DNA of 64,000 nucleotides. Origin: Nitrospira sp. (GTDB lineage: Bacteria > Nitrospirota > Nitrospiria > Nitrospirales > Nitrospiraceae). Shown one piece after another: positions 18,045-28,105 of the stretch; position 1 is the stretch's first letter, and the number at the start of each line of letters is the position of its first letter. The DNA lies in the NCBI GenBank assembly GCA_024998595.1, contig JACOEK010000006.1, positions 126,433-190,432 of the forward strand, given 5' to 3'. The notes under the pieces were generated by a model. The model saw nothing but the letters and a program-made list of their open reading frames with translations. It did not search any database and was not told the DNA's origin. A program made the position numbers and the translations under genes.

Positions 18045-20890
18045 CTGGTCGTACGCTTGGAGCGGCGCACCATGCGTTTAGCAGCAGGTCGTTTTTTGGC
18101 CTGAGCAGGTTTCGCAGACTTCTTGGCGGACTTGGCGGCACTCGGCTTCACTGCCTTCGGCTTGCTCTTTGACGGCTTGGGCTTCTCCTTCTCGGCCTCT
18201 GCCAACGCCGCCTGTGCCGCAGCCAACCGCGCAATCCCGACCCGATAGGGCGAGCAGCTCACATAGTCCAGCCCCAGTTGGTGGCAGAACTCCACGGAAC
18301 TCGGATCGCCCCCATGTTCACCGCAGATCCCCAGCTTGATGGTCGGACGCGTTTTGCGCCCACCGGTAATCGCCGTGCGCATCAGTGAACCGACTCCTTC
18401 GCGGTCCAACACCGCAAACGGATCACTTTCCAAAATATTCGCGGTCTTGTAGAAGTCGATAAATTTCGCTGCGTCGTCGCGGGAGAAGCCGAAGGTGGTC
18501 TGGGTCAAATCGTTCGTGCCGAAGGAGAAGAACTCGGCTTCTTCCGCGATAGCATCGGCCGTCACGGCGGCGCGCGGCAATTCGATCATGGTGCCGACGA
18601 GGTACGACAATTTGACGCCGTAGCGTTTCATCGTGTCCGCCGCCACTTCCCGGACGAGATCTTTCTGGGCTTTCATCTCCGAAACCATGCCGACCAGCGG
18701 AATCATGATCTCCGGCACGATCTTGGTGCCTTCCTTTGCCAACTCACAGGCCGCTTCGATGATCGCACGCGCCTGCATCTTAGTAATTTCCGGCATCGTA
18801 ATGCCGAGGCGGCAGCCGCGCAAACCCAGCATGGGGTTGAACTCATGTAGTTCTTCCACCCTGGTCAATAGCCGTTTTTTCTCGTCCAGCACCGTCTGTG
18901 ATCCGCTGGTAAGTTCGAGCTGAGCGATTTCGACCATGAGGTCTTCACGCTTCGGCAGGAACTCGTGCAGGGGCGGATCGAGCAAACGGATCGTGACAGG
19001 GAATCCCTTCATTTCACGATACAGCCCGATGAAATCCTGCTTCTGCAGCGGCAGCAGCTGATCCAGATACATTTCCCGCTCTTCGCGTTTCCGGGCGAGA
19101 ATCATTTTCTGCATGATGTGAATGCGATCCTCGGCGAAGAACATATGTTCCGTGCGGCAAAGACCGATGCCTTCAGCGCCGAAACTCCGCGCGATACGGG
19201 CCTGATCCGGCACATCGGCATTCGCCCGGACTTTCAGCTTGCGCACTCCATCGGCCCACTTCAGCACCGACTCGAACATCTGATACTTCTCCGATGCCGA
19301 GGCTTCCATTTTCCCCTGCAACACCTGGATGACTTCCGACTCCACTACGGGAATATCTCCGCCGTAGACATTGCCGGTAGAACCATTGACGGACAGGTAG
19401 TCCCCTTCCCGGAAGGTTTGGGTGCCGATACGCACGCTCTGATTGTCCAGGACTTCAATGGCATCGCAGCCGGCCACACAGACTTTGCCCATCTGCCGCG
19501 CGACGACGGCCGCATGGGAGGTCATACCGCCGCGGGCCGTTAGAAATCCTAAGGCGGCATTCATGCCATGAATATCGTCCGGGCTGGTTTCCTGGCGGAC
19601 CAAGACCACGCGATTGCCGGCGGCTTTCATCTCCACCGCACGATCCGCCGTTAACGCAAGTTTTCCCGCGGCAGCGCCGGGGCCCGCCGGCAATCCCTTG
19701 CCGAGCGGCGTGCAGCGCGATTCTTCTTTCGCGTCGAAGATCGGATAAAGATACTGGGCCAATTGATCCGGGCCGATCCGCTGCAAGGCTTCTTTTTTTG
19801 TAATCAGCCCTTCTTTCACCATGTCCACTGCGATGCGCACCGCAGCCACACCGGTGCGTTTACCGACGCGGGTCTGCAACATGTACAACTTGCCCTCCTG
19901 GATGGTGAACTCCAGGTCGAGCATATCGCGGTAGTGCCGCTCCAGTTTCTTATAGGTCGTTTCCAGATCTTTGTATGCCTGCGGCATGAACTTTTCGAGC
20001 TGATTGACGGGCAGCGGTGTCCGGATGCCGGCGACGACGTCCTCTCCCTGCGCGTTCGTCAAACATTCGCCGAAGAATTGCCGCTGCCCCGTGGCTGGAT
20101 CGCGCGTAAAGGCCACACCGGTCCCGCTGGTCTCCCCCATGTTGCCGAATACCATGGCGACCACGTTCACGGCAGTGCCCCAGGTTTCGGGAATGTTATA
20201 CAGGCGTCGGTACGTGACCGCCCGGGCACCGTACCAGGATGAGAACACGGCATTGGTGGCCATACGCAATTGTTCGAGCGGGTCATCAGGAAAATCGCGT
20301 TTGGTTTCCTCTTTGACGAGCTCCTTGAAACTGACGACGAGTTCCTTGAGCGCCTTGGCATCGAGATGCGTATCCTGCGTGACCCCAAGATCGCGTTTTT
20401 TATGTTTGAGAATATCCTCGAAATGCTCGCGATTGATGCCCATGACGATGCTGCCGAACATGCCGATGAAGCGGCGATAACTGTCCTGCGCAAACCGCTC
20501 GTTGTTGGTCTTGAGCGCCAAGCCGTGCACGGTCTTGGTGGTCAATCCCACGTTCAGCACCGTATCCATCATGCCGGGCATGGAGGCGCGGGCGCCTGAC
20601 CGGACGGACACCAGCAAGGGGTTGTCGGGATCGCCGAACCCGGCCTTCATCGACCGCTCGACCTTCTTGAGCGCCTGCAGCGCTTCGTCCATCATGCCGG
20701 GAGGATAGGCCTTACCACGCTTGTAATATTCGACGCAGGCCTCGGTAGAGATCGTAAACCCGGGAGGCACGGACACTTTGAGATTGGTCATCTCGGCCAG
20801 TCCAGCGCCTTTGCCGCCGAGCAGTTCTTTCATGTTGCCGGTGCCTTCGGCTTTTCCATCTCCAAAATAATAGACGTATTTCTTGGCCAC
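18041..20890 (-). CDS. ppdK: Pyruvate, phosphate dikinase with a basic C-terminal tail
   Basis: LLGGKGAGLAEMT, SVRSGARASMPGMMDT, GGMTSHAAVVAR, GIGLCRTEHM, FSFGTNDLTQ, GICGEHGG. Confidence 0.98.
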   Translation of the reverse strand: MAKKYVYYFGDGKAEGTGNMKELLGGKGAGLAEMTNLKVSVPPGFTISTEACVEYYKRGKAYPPGMMDEALQALKKVERSMKAGFGDPDNPLLVSVRSGARASMPGMMDTVLNVGLTTKTVHGLALKTNNERFAQDSYRRFIGMFGSIVMGINREHFEDILKHKKRDLGVTQDTHLDAKALKELVVSFKELVKEETKRDFPDDPLEQLRMATNAVFSSWYGARAVTYRRLYNIPETWGTAVNVVAMVFGNMGETSGTGVAFTRDPATGQRQFFGECLTNAQGEDVVAGIRTPLPVNQLEKFMPQAYKDLETTYKKLERHYRDMLDLEFTIQEGKLYMLQTRVGKRTGVAAVRIAVDMVKEGLITKKEALQRIGPDQLAQYLYPIFDAKEESRCTPLGKGLPAGPGAAAGKLALTADRAVEMKAAGNRVVLVRQETSPDDIHGMNAALGFLTARGGMTSHAAVVARQMGKVCVAGCDAIEVLDNQSVRIGTQTFREGDYLSVNGSTGNVYGGDIPVVESEVIQVLQGKMEASASEKYQMFESVLKWADGVRKLKVRANADVPDQARIARSFGAEGIGLCRTEHMFFAEDRIHIMQKMILARKREEREMYLDQLLPLQKQDFIGLYREMKGFPVTIRLLDPPLHEFLPKREDLMVEIAQLELTSGSQTVLDEKKRLLTRVEELHEFNPMLGLRGCRLGITMPEITKMQARAIIEAACELAKEGTKIVPEIMIPLVGMVSEMKAQKDLVREVAADTMKRYGVKLSYLVGTMIELPRAAVTADAIAEEAEFFSFGTNDLTQTTFGFSRDDAAKFIDFYKTANILESDPFAVLDREGVGSLMRTAITGGRKTRPTIKLGICGEHGGDPSSVEFCHQLGLDYVSCSPYRVGIARLAAAQAALAEAEKEKPKPSKSKPKAVKPSAAKSAKKSAKPAQAKKRPAAKRMVRRSKRTTR

Positions 20891-20915
20891 GCGACGCTCT
20901 CCTTCTGCTATGAGG

Positions 20916-21434
20916 TCAATGAGTCGGAACCGAATGGCGGGCGGCGGCTTCCAGTCGCATACGATAGCGGGTGACGACGTGCCTGGTCACGCGAATGCCA
21001 CACACGATGATCCCCACCACGAACGCGCCGACCGCAAAAAGCCGGTAGTCCACGAACGGTCCATAGTCGAAATAGAACGTTCCGTCTGCGCCCTGCTTGA
21101 GTTGTGCGTCTTTTTGAAACGTATGGGTTTTTCCGGTTGGATCGGCGAGGTTGAGCCACTCCGAACAGAACTGCACGGGGTTCTCCGAACCCGGAACATG
21201 TTGGTAGGCCAGTCGCAAGCAAATGTCTTGTCTGGAATCATAGATATCCGGTGTCCGCACCAGCCGTTCAAAGTTGAGGCCGGTCACCCAGATGCCGAAG
21301 AGAAAGACCGCGTTGCACACCACCATCATCACGACGCTGATGCCGGACGCAAATCGCCGGACCTTGGTCGCCCTTACTTGGGCCGCGGCACTCGCCTCGG
21401 GTGATTCAGGGAGGCTCTCTGAAGTTGAGTCCAA
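20916..21434 (-). CDS. Hypothetical membrane protein (2 TM)
   Basis: Two hydrophobic segments around a loop with two Cys; sits in the operon between glyS and ppdK. Confidence 0.75.
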   Translation of the reverse strand: MDSTSESLPESPEASAAAQVRATKVRRFASGISVVMMVVCNAVFLFGIWVTGLNFERLVRTPDIYDSRQDICLRLAYQHVPGSENPVQFCSEWLNLADPTGKTHTFQKDAQLKQGADGTFYFDYGPFVDYRLFAVGAFVVGIIVCGIRVTRHVVTRYRMRLEAAARHSVPTH

Positions 21435-21448
21435 ACGCTCACCATCCG

Positions 21449-23659
21449 CTACGTCCCTTGTACCATAATCTGGGAGAAATCAGCGAACGACATGAACAAA
21501 TCGTCGACCGTTTTCAAGAGCGACAGCCGGTTTCCGCGCACCGCCGGATCGTCGGCATTGACCATCACCGCATTGAAAAAGTCGTCGATCGGACCCTTCA
21601 TCCTGACCAGCACGTCGAGGGCCTGCCCGTACTCTCCGCTGCGCATCGCCGCGGCATAGGCCGCATGACTGGTCTGCACAGTCTCATATAAGGCGGACTC
21701 GGCAGCCTCCCGGAATAACCCGGACTCGACCGGCTTGCGATCCCACTGCTCTTTTTCGGTCAACCGGTGCGCGCGTTTGAATCCGACGATCAGCGGATCG
21801 AACTCCGCTCGCACGGTAATCCGTTGCAGCGACTGCATCTTGTCGAACAGGTCCGTGAGATCGATGGACTGGCGGTCGGCCGATTTCAAGACGGCCTCCA
21901 TGACATCGTCCCGCAATTGGTGCGCGCTCTTCCCGTAAAAGCGGACCCGCTCAAACAGAAACGCGATGACGTCCGGCGCCCCGCCTTTGCCCGACTGAGG
22001 CGAAGCCGTCACATTCTGACCAGCCAACACGTCTTGCGCTGTCCGCACGGCTTGCGCAAGGTTCAGCCGTAACCGGCTCTCGATCAAGATGCGCACGATC
22101 GCCGTGGCGTGGCGTCTGAGGGCGAAGGGATCTTCGGAACCGCTCGGGATCAGGCCGACCAGGAAAAATCCGGCAATGCTGTCCAACCGATCGGCGAGGG
22201 ACAGCACCTTTCCGGCCAGCGACTCCGGCAACTCCCCTTCCATCGCGCGAGGCAGATACTGTTCTCGAACCGCCGCGCTGACCGCCGCCGACTCGCCGTC
22301 GTGCTTGGCATATTCCCCGCCCATGATGCCCTGCAGCGTCGGGAACTCACCCACGATCCCGGTCAACAGATCGGCCTTGCTTAGTTCCGCCGCGCGCCGG
22401 CAGTCGTGAATCAATTGATCGTCGCCGAGTTGTCCGGCCACATGCGCCGCCATCGCCACCACGCGCTGGGTCTTCTGATGCAGACTGCCGAGCTTCTGGT
22501 GGAACGTCACCGCGAGCTGTTTCGCCACGCGATCCGCCAACGAGGTCTTGCGATCTTCGTCGAAGAAAAACTTCGCATCGGCGAGCCGCGCGGACAGAAC
22601 CCGTTCATTGCCTTCGCGGATCAACTGCATGTTCGACAACTTCATATTCGTCACGGCGAGGAAGTTCGGCAACAACGCGCCCTTGGCGTCGACCAGGGAA
22701 AAGTATCCCTGATGTTCCTTCATGGAGGTCATCAGAATTTCTTTCGGGAGCGCGAGATAATGCGGCTTGAAGGAGCCAAGAATCGTCAGCGGAGACTCCA
22801 CCATATAGACGGCCTGCTCCAGCAACTCGTCGTCCTGATGCAGGTGCCCGCGGGCCGACTTGGCGAGCGAGGCCAGCTGTTCGAGAATTATCGCCCGCCG
22901 GCGATCCTGATCCACGATCACACTGTGCCGTTCGGTCTCTTTCAAGTAATGCACGATAGATTTGACGGCAAAGCCTTTCGGACTGGTCACCTTGGCGCCC
23001 AGCACCCGATGCCCCTGGCTCAAATTGCCGGCCTTGATCTTGGCGAACTCAATCGGCAAAACTTTCCCGCCACAGAGGGACACCAGCCAGCGCACCGGTC
23101 TGGCAAACCGCACGCCGGTCTGATTCCACTGCATAGCCTTGGGGAACGACAATTTGGCTAGCAATTGCGGCAACGCCTGAGTCAGCACCGCGGCGACAGC
23201 CTGCCCCTTTTCCTGCTTCACCGCGAAGAGATACTCGCCCTTCGGAGTCTGACGCACTTGCAGATCTTCAATCGCAATACCCTGACCCGCGGCAAATCCG
23301 ATGGCCGCTCTCGTAGGCTGACCTGACTGGTCAAAGGCCACGGCCTTCGAGGGCCCCATGGCTTCTTTGACGGCGGACGCCTGCTGTTTGGCTAACCCTT
23401 CGACGAGCAACACAAGCCGCCGCGGCGTGCCCATCGTACGGACGGCGCCATAGGTGAGGCGCGAGTCTTTCAGCAAGGTCTCTGTCCCCTGCTGCAAGGC
23501 GCGCAAGGCCGGCGCCACGAATTGATAGGGCAACTCTTCCGTGCCAATTTCGAGGAGCAATTCCGTGGTAGCTGGAACTTTGGCAGCCTTCGTACGCGAG
23601 GGAACTGCTGAGGTCTTCGAGCGTGAAACGGTCTTGGTCTTGGTCTTTTTGGATGGCAT
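21449..23659 (-). CDS. glyS: Glycine--tRNA ligase beta subunit
   Basis: LLLEIGTEELP, TPRRL, FARPVRW, GNERVLSARLADAKFFF, KADLLT...EFPTLQG, NRLSLL. Confidence 0.97.
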   Translation of the reverse strand: MPSKKTKTKTVSRSKTSAVPSRTKAAKVPATTELLLEIGTEELPYQFVAPALRALQQGTETLLKDSRLTYGAVRTMGTPRRLVLLVEGLAKQQASAVKEAMGPSKAVAFDQSGQPTRAAIGFAAGQGIAIEDLQVRQTPKGEYLFAVKQEKGQAVAAVLTQALPQLLAKLSFPKAMQWNQTGVRFARPVRWLVSLCGGKVLPIEFAKIKAGNLSQGHRVLGAKVTSPKGFAVKSIVHYLKETERHSVIVDQDRRRAIILEQLASLAKSARGHLHQDDELLEQAVYMVESPLTILGSFKPHYLALPKEILMTSMKEHQGYFSLVDAKGALLPNFLAVTNMKLSNMQLIREGNERVLSARLADAKFFFDEDRKTSLADRVAKQLAVTFHQKLGSLHQKTQRVVAMAAHVAGQLGDDQLIHDCRRAAELSKADLLTGIVGEFPTLQGIMGGEYAKHDGESAAVSAAVREQYLPRAMEGELPESLAGKVLSLADRLDSIAGFFLVGLIPSGSEDPFALRRHATAIVRILIESRLRLNLAQAVRTAQDVLAGQNVTASPQSGKGGAPDVIAFLFERVRFYGKSAHQLRDDVMEAVLKSADRQSIDLTDLFDKMQSLQRITVRAEFDPLIVGFKRAHRLTEKEQWDRKPVESGLFREAAESALYETVQTSHAAYAAAMRSGEYGQALDVLVRMKGPIDDFFNAVMVNADDPAVRGNRLSLLKTVDDLFMSFADFSQIMVQGT

Positions 23660-23679
23660 CGTGGCGTAGAGTCCGCGGG

Positions 23680-24600
23680 CTACTTGGTGGTGACCGGTGA
23701 GTGGCTGGTGGCTCCCTTGCCTGCCCGAGCCGGTTGCTTGATCAAAGGATGTCCCATGGCCTCCCGATCGGCCAGATACGATTCCGCGCAGCGCCGCGCC
23801 AACGCCCGTACCCTCGCAATATAGGACGTTCGCTCGGTGACGCTGATCGCCCCGCGCGCATCCAGCAAGTTAAACATGTGCGAGGTCTTGATGCAGTAGT
23901 CGTAGGCCGGCAAGGTGAGTTTCTTGTCCAGCAACCGCTGGCTCTCTCCCTCGAAGGCCTGGAAGGTGGCCATCAGCATGGGCACCTCACCCTCTTCGAA
24001 GTTGTAGCGTGAAAATTCGACTTCGCTACGATGATGCACGTCGCCGTAGGTGACGCCGTCGGTCCACTGAAGGTCGTAGACGTTATCAACCTGCTGCAGA
24101 TACATCGCGATACGCTCGGTGCCATAGGTGATTTCGCCGGTAATCGGATTGAGCGGAATGCCGCCGATCTCCTGGAAATAGGTGAACTGGGTAATCTCCA
24201 TGCCATCGAGCCGGACTTCCCACCCCAGCCCCCAGGCGCCGAGTGTGGGCGACTCCCAATCATCCTGTACGAACCGGATGTCGTGCTTCTTCGGGTCGAT
24301 GCCTAGCTGTTTGAGGCTCTCCAGATAGAGGCCCTGAATATTGTCTGGCGCCGGCTTCAACACCACCTGATACTGGTAGTAATGCTGCATGCGGTTAGGA
24401 TTTTCCCCGTAGCGGCCGTCGGTTGGACGGCGGCAAGCCTGCGGGTAGGCGGCACGCCAAGGTTCCGGTCCGAGAGATCGGAGGAACGTCGCAGGATGGA
24501 ATGTTCCCGCGCCCATTTCGAGATCGTAGGGTTGATGAACGACGCAACCGCGGTCGGCCCAGAAACGATGCAGGGTCAAAATGAGGTCTTGGAAATTCAC
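23680..24600 (-). CDS. glyQ: Glycine--tRNA ligase alpha subunit
   Basis: [57 protein letters not shown]. Start placed at GTG 24600. Confidence 0.98.
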   Translation of the reverse strand: MNFQDLILTLHRFWADRGCVVHQPYDLEMGAGTFHPATFLRSLGPEPWRAAYPQACRRPTDGRYGENPNRMQHYYQYQVVLKPAPDNIQGLYLESLKQLGIDPKKHDIRFVQDDWESPTLGAWGLGWEVRLDGMEITQFTYFQEIGGIPLNPITGEITYGTERIAMYLQQVDNVYDLQWTDGVTYGDVHHRSEVEFSRYNFEEGEVPMLMATFQAFEGESQRLLDKKLTLPAYDYCIKTSHMFNLLDARGAISVTERTSYIARVRALARRCAESYLADREAMGHPLIKQPARAGKGATSHSPVTTK

Positions 24601-24655
24601 CGGATGTCCAGATCTAGCCGCAGGCTGCTCGTGGTGACGGACGAAAATCACGCTG

Positions 24656-24685
24656 AAGCTAGCAAGAACGGTTACAGGGTGTCAA
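24656..24685 (-). promoter_or_regulatory. Sigma70 promoter of the glyQ operon
   Basis: TTGACA-N18-TAGCTT. Confidence 0.65.
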
Positions 24686-24820
24686 GAAACGGAGCGTCCG
24701 ATTTCAATGGGTTGCGGTGTGGAATCGGTCACGAGGGCACGCGGATTTCTTCTTGGCCGTCTCGTGGTCGAATCGCTTGAATCGCGGCACGCGCTGGTTT
24801 ATTCTGCAAAATCTTGAGCA

Positions 24821-24843
24821 ACTCACTAGACATCTAGACGAGT
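24821..24843. promoter_or_regulatory. Imperfect palindrome, candidate Rrf2 operator
   Basis: ACTC-a-CTAGA-ca-TCTAG-ac-GAGT immediately before the Rrf2 ATG. Confidence 0.35.
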
Positions 24844-24844
24844 C

Positions 24845-25285
24845 ATGAAGTTCTCTAAAAAGAGTGAATACGGACTCCGCGCCCTGCTCGAGCTCTGCGA
24901 GACCTACGGAGGTCGCGTGCTCCAGCGCCATGAGATTGCCGAGCGGCAGAATATCCCTGTGGAATTTCTCGAACAGATTCTGCTCGCACTCAAACGCGCG
25001 GGACTGCTGGCGAGCCGTCGCGGCATTCGTGGCGGCTATTCGCTGATCAAGTCTCCGGAGGAGATTACGTTGGGCCAGGTCATCCGTATTCTGGACGGAC
25101 CGCTGGCCCCGATCAGCTGCGTCAGCAAAACTGCCTATCAAAAATGCTCCGACTGTCCCTATGCCGCCAAACCCTCCTGCCCATTACAGCAGGCCATGGG
25201 GGAAGTGCGCGATGCCATTGCCAACATCCTCGACCATTACACCTTGAGTCGATTCGCCCATAACAACCTGGTGGAAGGATCTTAA
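24845..25285 (+). CDS. Rrf2-family transcriptional regulator
   Basis: SEYGLRALL, FLEQILLALKRAGLLASRRGIRGGYSL; Cys92/101/104/112. Confidence 0.93.
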   Translation: MKFSKKSEYGLRALLELCETYGGRVLQRHEIAERQNIPVEFLEQILLALKRAGLLASRRGIRGGYSLIKSPEEITLGQVIRILDGPLAPISCVSKTAYQKCSDCPYAAKPSCPLQQAMGEVRDAIANILDHYTLSRFAHNNLVEGS

Positions 25286-26346
25286 TGCGTACCATCGGCC
25301 ATGCGGTTACGAGCCTGTTCGTCGCAGTCATGATGTACGGGGCCTTGCTCACAGTCCCCGCCACGGTACAAGCCGCGGATACGCGCGATCTGATTCTCGC
25401 GGCCTATAGCGTGCCCAAGGAAGCCTACGAGCGACACATCATTCCCGCCTTCCAAAAACATTGGAAGCAAAAGACCGGGCAGGATGTCCGCGTGCGTAGC
25501 TCATACGGCGCCTCCGGTGCGCAGGCGCGTGCCATCATCGGCGGATTCGATGCGGATGTGGCCGTCTTGTCGCTGGAAGGCGATGTCGATCAAGTGGTGA
25601 AGGCCGGCCTGATCACGCATGACTGGCGAAAGGCCCCGCATGGGGGCATGATCTCGGCTTCCGTGGTAGCCCTCGGCGTCCGGAAGGGCAACCCCAAAGG
25701 AGTGAAGGGCTGGGAGGATGCTGCGCGTCCCGGCATCGAAGTCTTATACCCCAACCCTAAAACCTCCGGCGGCGCCATGTGGGATGTGATCGCGATTTAT
25801 GGCGCCGGGTTGAAACTGGCCGAACAACGAGCGGGAAAACCGGTTACTCCGGAGGCCGCCGCCACGCAGGCCGTCGATCTGCTCACACGCATCCAACGCA
25901 ACGTGAAGGTCATGGATAAAAGCGGCCGGGAATCGGTGACGACGTTCGAACGCGGTGTCGGTGATGTCATCGTGACCTATGAAAATGAATTACTGCCGCG
26001 CGTGAAGAGCGGACGCCCCTACGAAATCCTCGTGCCGGCCGAAACCGTCTGGATCGAAAACCCGGCAGCGGTGGTCGACACCTACGCAGATCGGCACAAG
26101 GCCAAGGATCTGGCCGAAGCGTTCGTGGCATTTCTCCACGGACCGGAGGCGCAAGCCGCCTTCATCGAATTGGGGTTCCGTCCGTTGGACCGGACTGCAG
26201 CGGCTCCTGCTTCGGCTGCCGCCCTGCCTCAACCGGCCCGGCTGTTCACCATCGCAGACCTCGGTGGATGGGAGTCCATAAGCAATACGCTCTTCGGCGC
26301 GCAAGGCGTGTGGACGAAAATCGTCGAGGACGTGTCGAAAAGATAG
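25285..26346 (+). CDS. sbp: Sulfate ABC transporter substrate-binding protein
   Basis: SYGASGAQARAI, DADVAVLS, VRKGNPKGVKGWED, PNPKTSGGA, GDVIVTYENE. Confidence 0.93.
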   Translation: MRTIGHAVTSLFVAVMMYGALLTVPATVQAADTRDLILAAYSVPKEAYERHIIPAFQKHWKQKTGQDVRVRSSYGASGAQARAIIGGFDADVAVLSLEGDVDQVVKAGLITHDWRKAPHGGMISASVVALGVRKGNPKGVKGWEDAARPGIEVLYPNPKTSGGAMWDVIAIYGAGLKLAEQRAGKPVTPEAAATQAVDLLTRIQRNVKVMDKSGRESVTTFERGVGDVIVTYENELLPRVKSGRPYEILVPAETVWIENPAAVVDTYADRHKAKDLAEAFVAFLHGPEAQAAFIELGFRPLDRTAAAPASAAALPQPARLFTIADLGGWESISNTLFGAQGVWTKIVEDVSKR

Positions 26347-26361
26347 GACGAGGAACGATCG

Positions 26362-27243
26362 TTGACCTCTCATCTGTTAATCCGTGTGGCGCTACGGTCC
26401 GCGGCTGTGGGCTATGTGCTCGTCTTGATTTTTCTGCCGCTGGCGGCCCTCGCGCAACAATCAGTCGCGGCTGGATGGGACCGGTTTATCCAGGACCTGA
26501 CCGCTCCGCAAGCATCGGCGGCGCTCTGGTTGACCATTGAAACCGCGGCGATTGCCACCGCCATCAACGCCGTCTTCGGTACCTTGTCGGCACTCGTACT
26601 GGTCCGTTACGAATTCCCTGGTCGCTGGCTCCTGAACGCATTGGTCGACCTGCCCTTCGCCATCCCCACCCTCGTCGCGGGATTGATGATTGCCGCAATC
26701 TATGGCCCGACAAGCATCCTGGGCACCTGGCTCCAGCAGGGGGGCTTGACGGTGTTGTATAACCAGCCCGGCATCATTCTGGCGATGCTGTTTGTCACCA
26801 TGCCGTTTACGATTCGCTCCCTGCAGCCGGTGTTGATGGGCCTCGAACGCGATCAGGAGGAAGCGGCGTTCACCCTCGGAGCCAGCCCCTGGACCACTTT
26901 TTGGAAGGTGACGGTTCCGTCGGTCCTGCCAGGTCTTTTGACTGGCGTGTTTCTGACCTTCGTACGAGCACTCGGCGAATTCGGCTCCATCGTCATCGTG
27001 GCAGGCAATATCCCGATGAAAACGCAGGTGGCATCCGTGTACGTCTACGGAGAAATCGAGAGCTATAACCCCCAGGCGGCCACATCCGTCTCAGTGTTGA
27101 TTCTGCTTATTTCGTTTGTGGTGCTGTTGCTGTTGGAACGGCTGACCCGGCGTCCGGGTGAACGGTTGCCCAAATTATTTCACTGGTCGAACCGGGCAGA
27201 TCGGCCCGGTCATGAGGCTGCGATGCCGACCGCCGCGCAGTGA
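26362..27243 (+). CDS. cysT: Sulfate ABC transporter permease CysT
   Basis: LVRYEFPGR, VDLPFAIPT, EEAAFTLGA, FVRALGEFG, IAGNIP-like VAGNIPMKT. Confidence 0.92.
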   Translation: MTSHLLIRVALRSAAVGYVLVLIFLPLAALAQQSVAAGWDRFIQDLTAPQASAALWLTIETAAIATAINAVFGTLSALVLVRYEFPGRWLLNALVDLPFAIPTLVAGLMIAAIYGPTSILGTWLQQGGLTVLYNQPGIILAMLFVTMPFTIRSLQPVLMGLERDQEEAAFTLGASPWTTFWKVTVPSVLPGLLTGVFLTFVRALGEFGSIVIVAGNIPMKTQVASVYVYGEIESYNPQAATSVSVLILLISFVVLLLLERLTRRPGERLPKLFHWSNRADRPGHEAAMPTAAQ

Positions 27244-27291
27244 AGGGTGAACAGGGTCTGAGATCGTGGTGACTGTTACGGGAGTGCGGGC

Positions 27292-28101
27292 ATGCGTTGG
27301 CTGTTGATCGGGATCGTCTGGGTCTACTTCTTGGTGCTGCTGGTCGGCCCGATCCTCTACATGGCAAGTCAGAGTTTCAGCGAGGGACTGACGGCATTCT
27401 GGACCGAGATCTCACGTCCGGAAGCGCTGCACGGATTTGCCCTGACCGCTGAGATCACGCTGATCGTACTCGTGCTCAATCTTATCTTCGGCACACTGAC
27501 GGCGCTGGTGCTGGCGCGCCAACAGTTCTGGGGCCGCAGCCTGGTCAGCGGCGTGATCGATTTGCCCTTTGCCGTCTCGCCGGTCATCGCAGGGTTCATG
27601 CTGATTTTACTGTTCGGACCGGACACCATGCTGGGCGCATTGTTCGGTCAGGCTCATATCAAGGTGCTGTTCGCGTTGCCCGCCATGATTCTCGCGACCC
27701 TGTTCGTCACATTTCCGTTTATGGTGCGGGAACTCACGCCCCTCCTGCAGACACTGGGCACTGAAGAGGAAGAGGCGGCACGCACGTTAGGCGCCGGCGA
27801 ATGGCAGGTGTTTCTCAAGGTGACACTGCCGGCCTTGCGTTGGGGACTGGTGTATGGCGCCACCCTCACGGTCGCACGCGCGATCGGCGAATTCGGGGCC
27901 GTGCTGGTGGTCTCGGGCAATATCCTGTTGCTGACGCAGACCGCCACCTTGCATATTTATCAGAGCTATGTCGATTTCAATTATGTGGCGGCCAATGCCG
28001 TGGCCTTGACCCTGCTCGCGGTCTCCTTCGCAATTCTGACGGTACTCGAGATCGCAAAGGCCCGGGCTGAAACGACCGTAGCGGAAGCAGGAGCGCAGTA
28101 A
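27292..28101 (+). CDS. cysW: Sulfate ABC transporter permease CysW
   Basis: IDLPFAVSPVIAG, EEAARTLGA, ARAIGEFGAVLVVSGNI. Confidence 0.92.
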   Translation: MRWLLIGIVWVYFLVLLVGPILYMASQSFSEGLTAFWTEISRPEALHGFALTAEITLIVLVLNLIFGTLTALVLARQQFWGRSLVSGVIDLPFAVSPVIAGFMLILLFGPDTMLGALFGQAHIKVLFALPAMILATLFVTFPFMVRELTPLLQTLGTEEEEAARTLGAGEWQVFLKVTLPALRWGLVYGATLTVARAIGEFGAVLVVSGNILLLTQTATLHIYQSYVDFNYVAANAVALTLLAVSFAILTVLEIAKARAETTVAEAGAQ

Positions 28102-28105
28102 GCCG

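Noticed and set aside
24601-24660. T-box leader ahead of glyQS
   Set aside because: The predicted leader is about 50 nt and has no T-box sequence or terminator.
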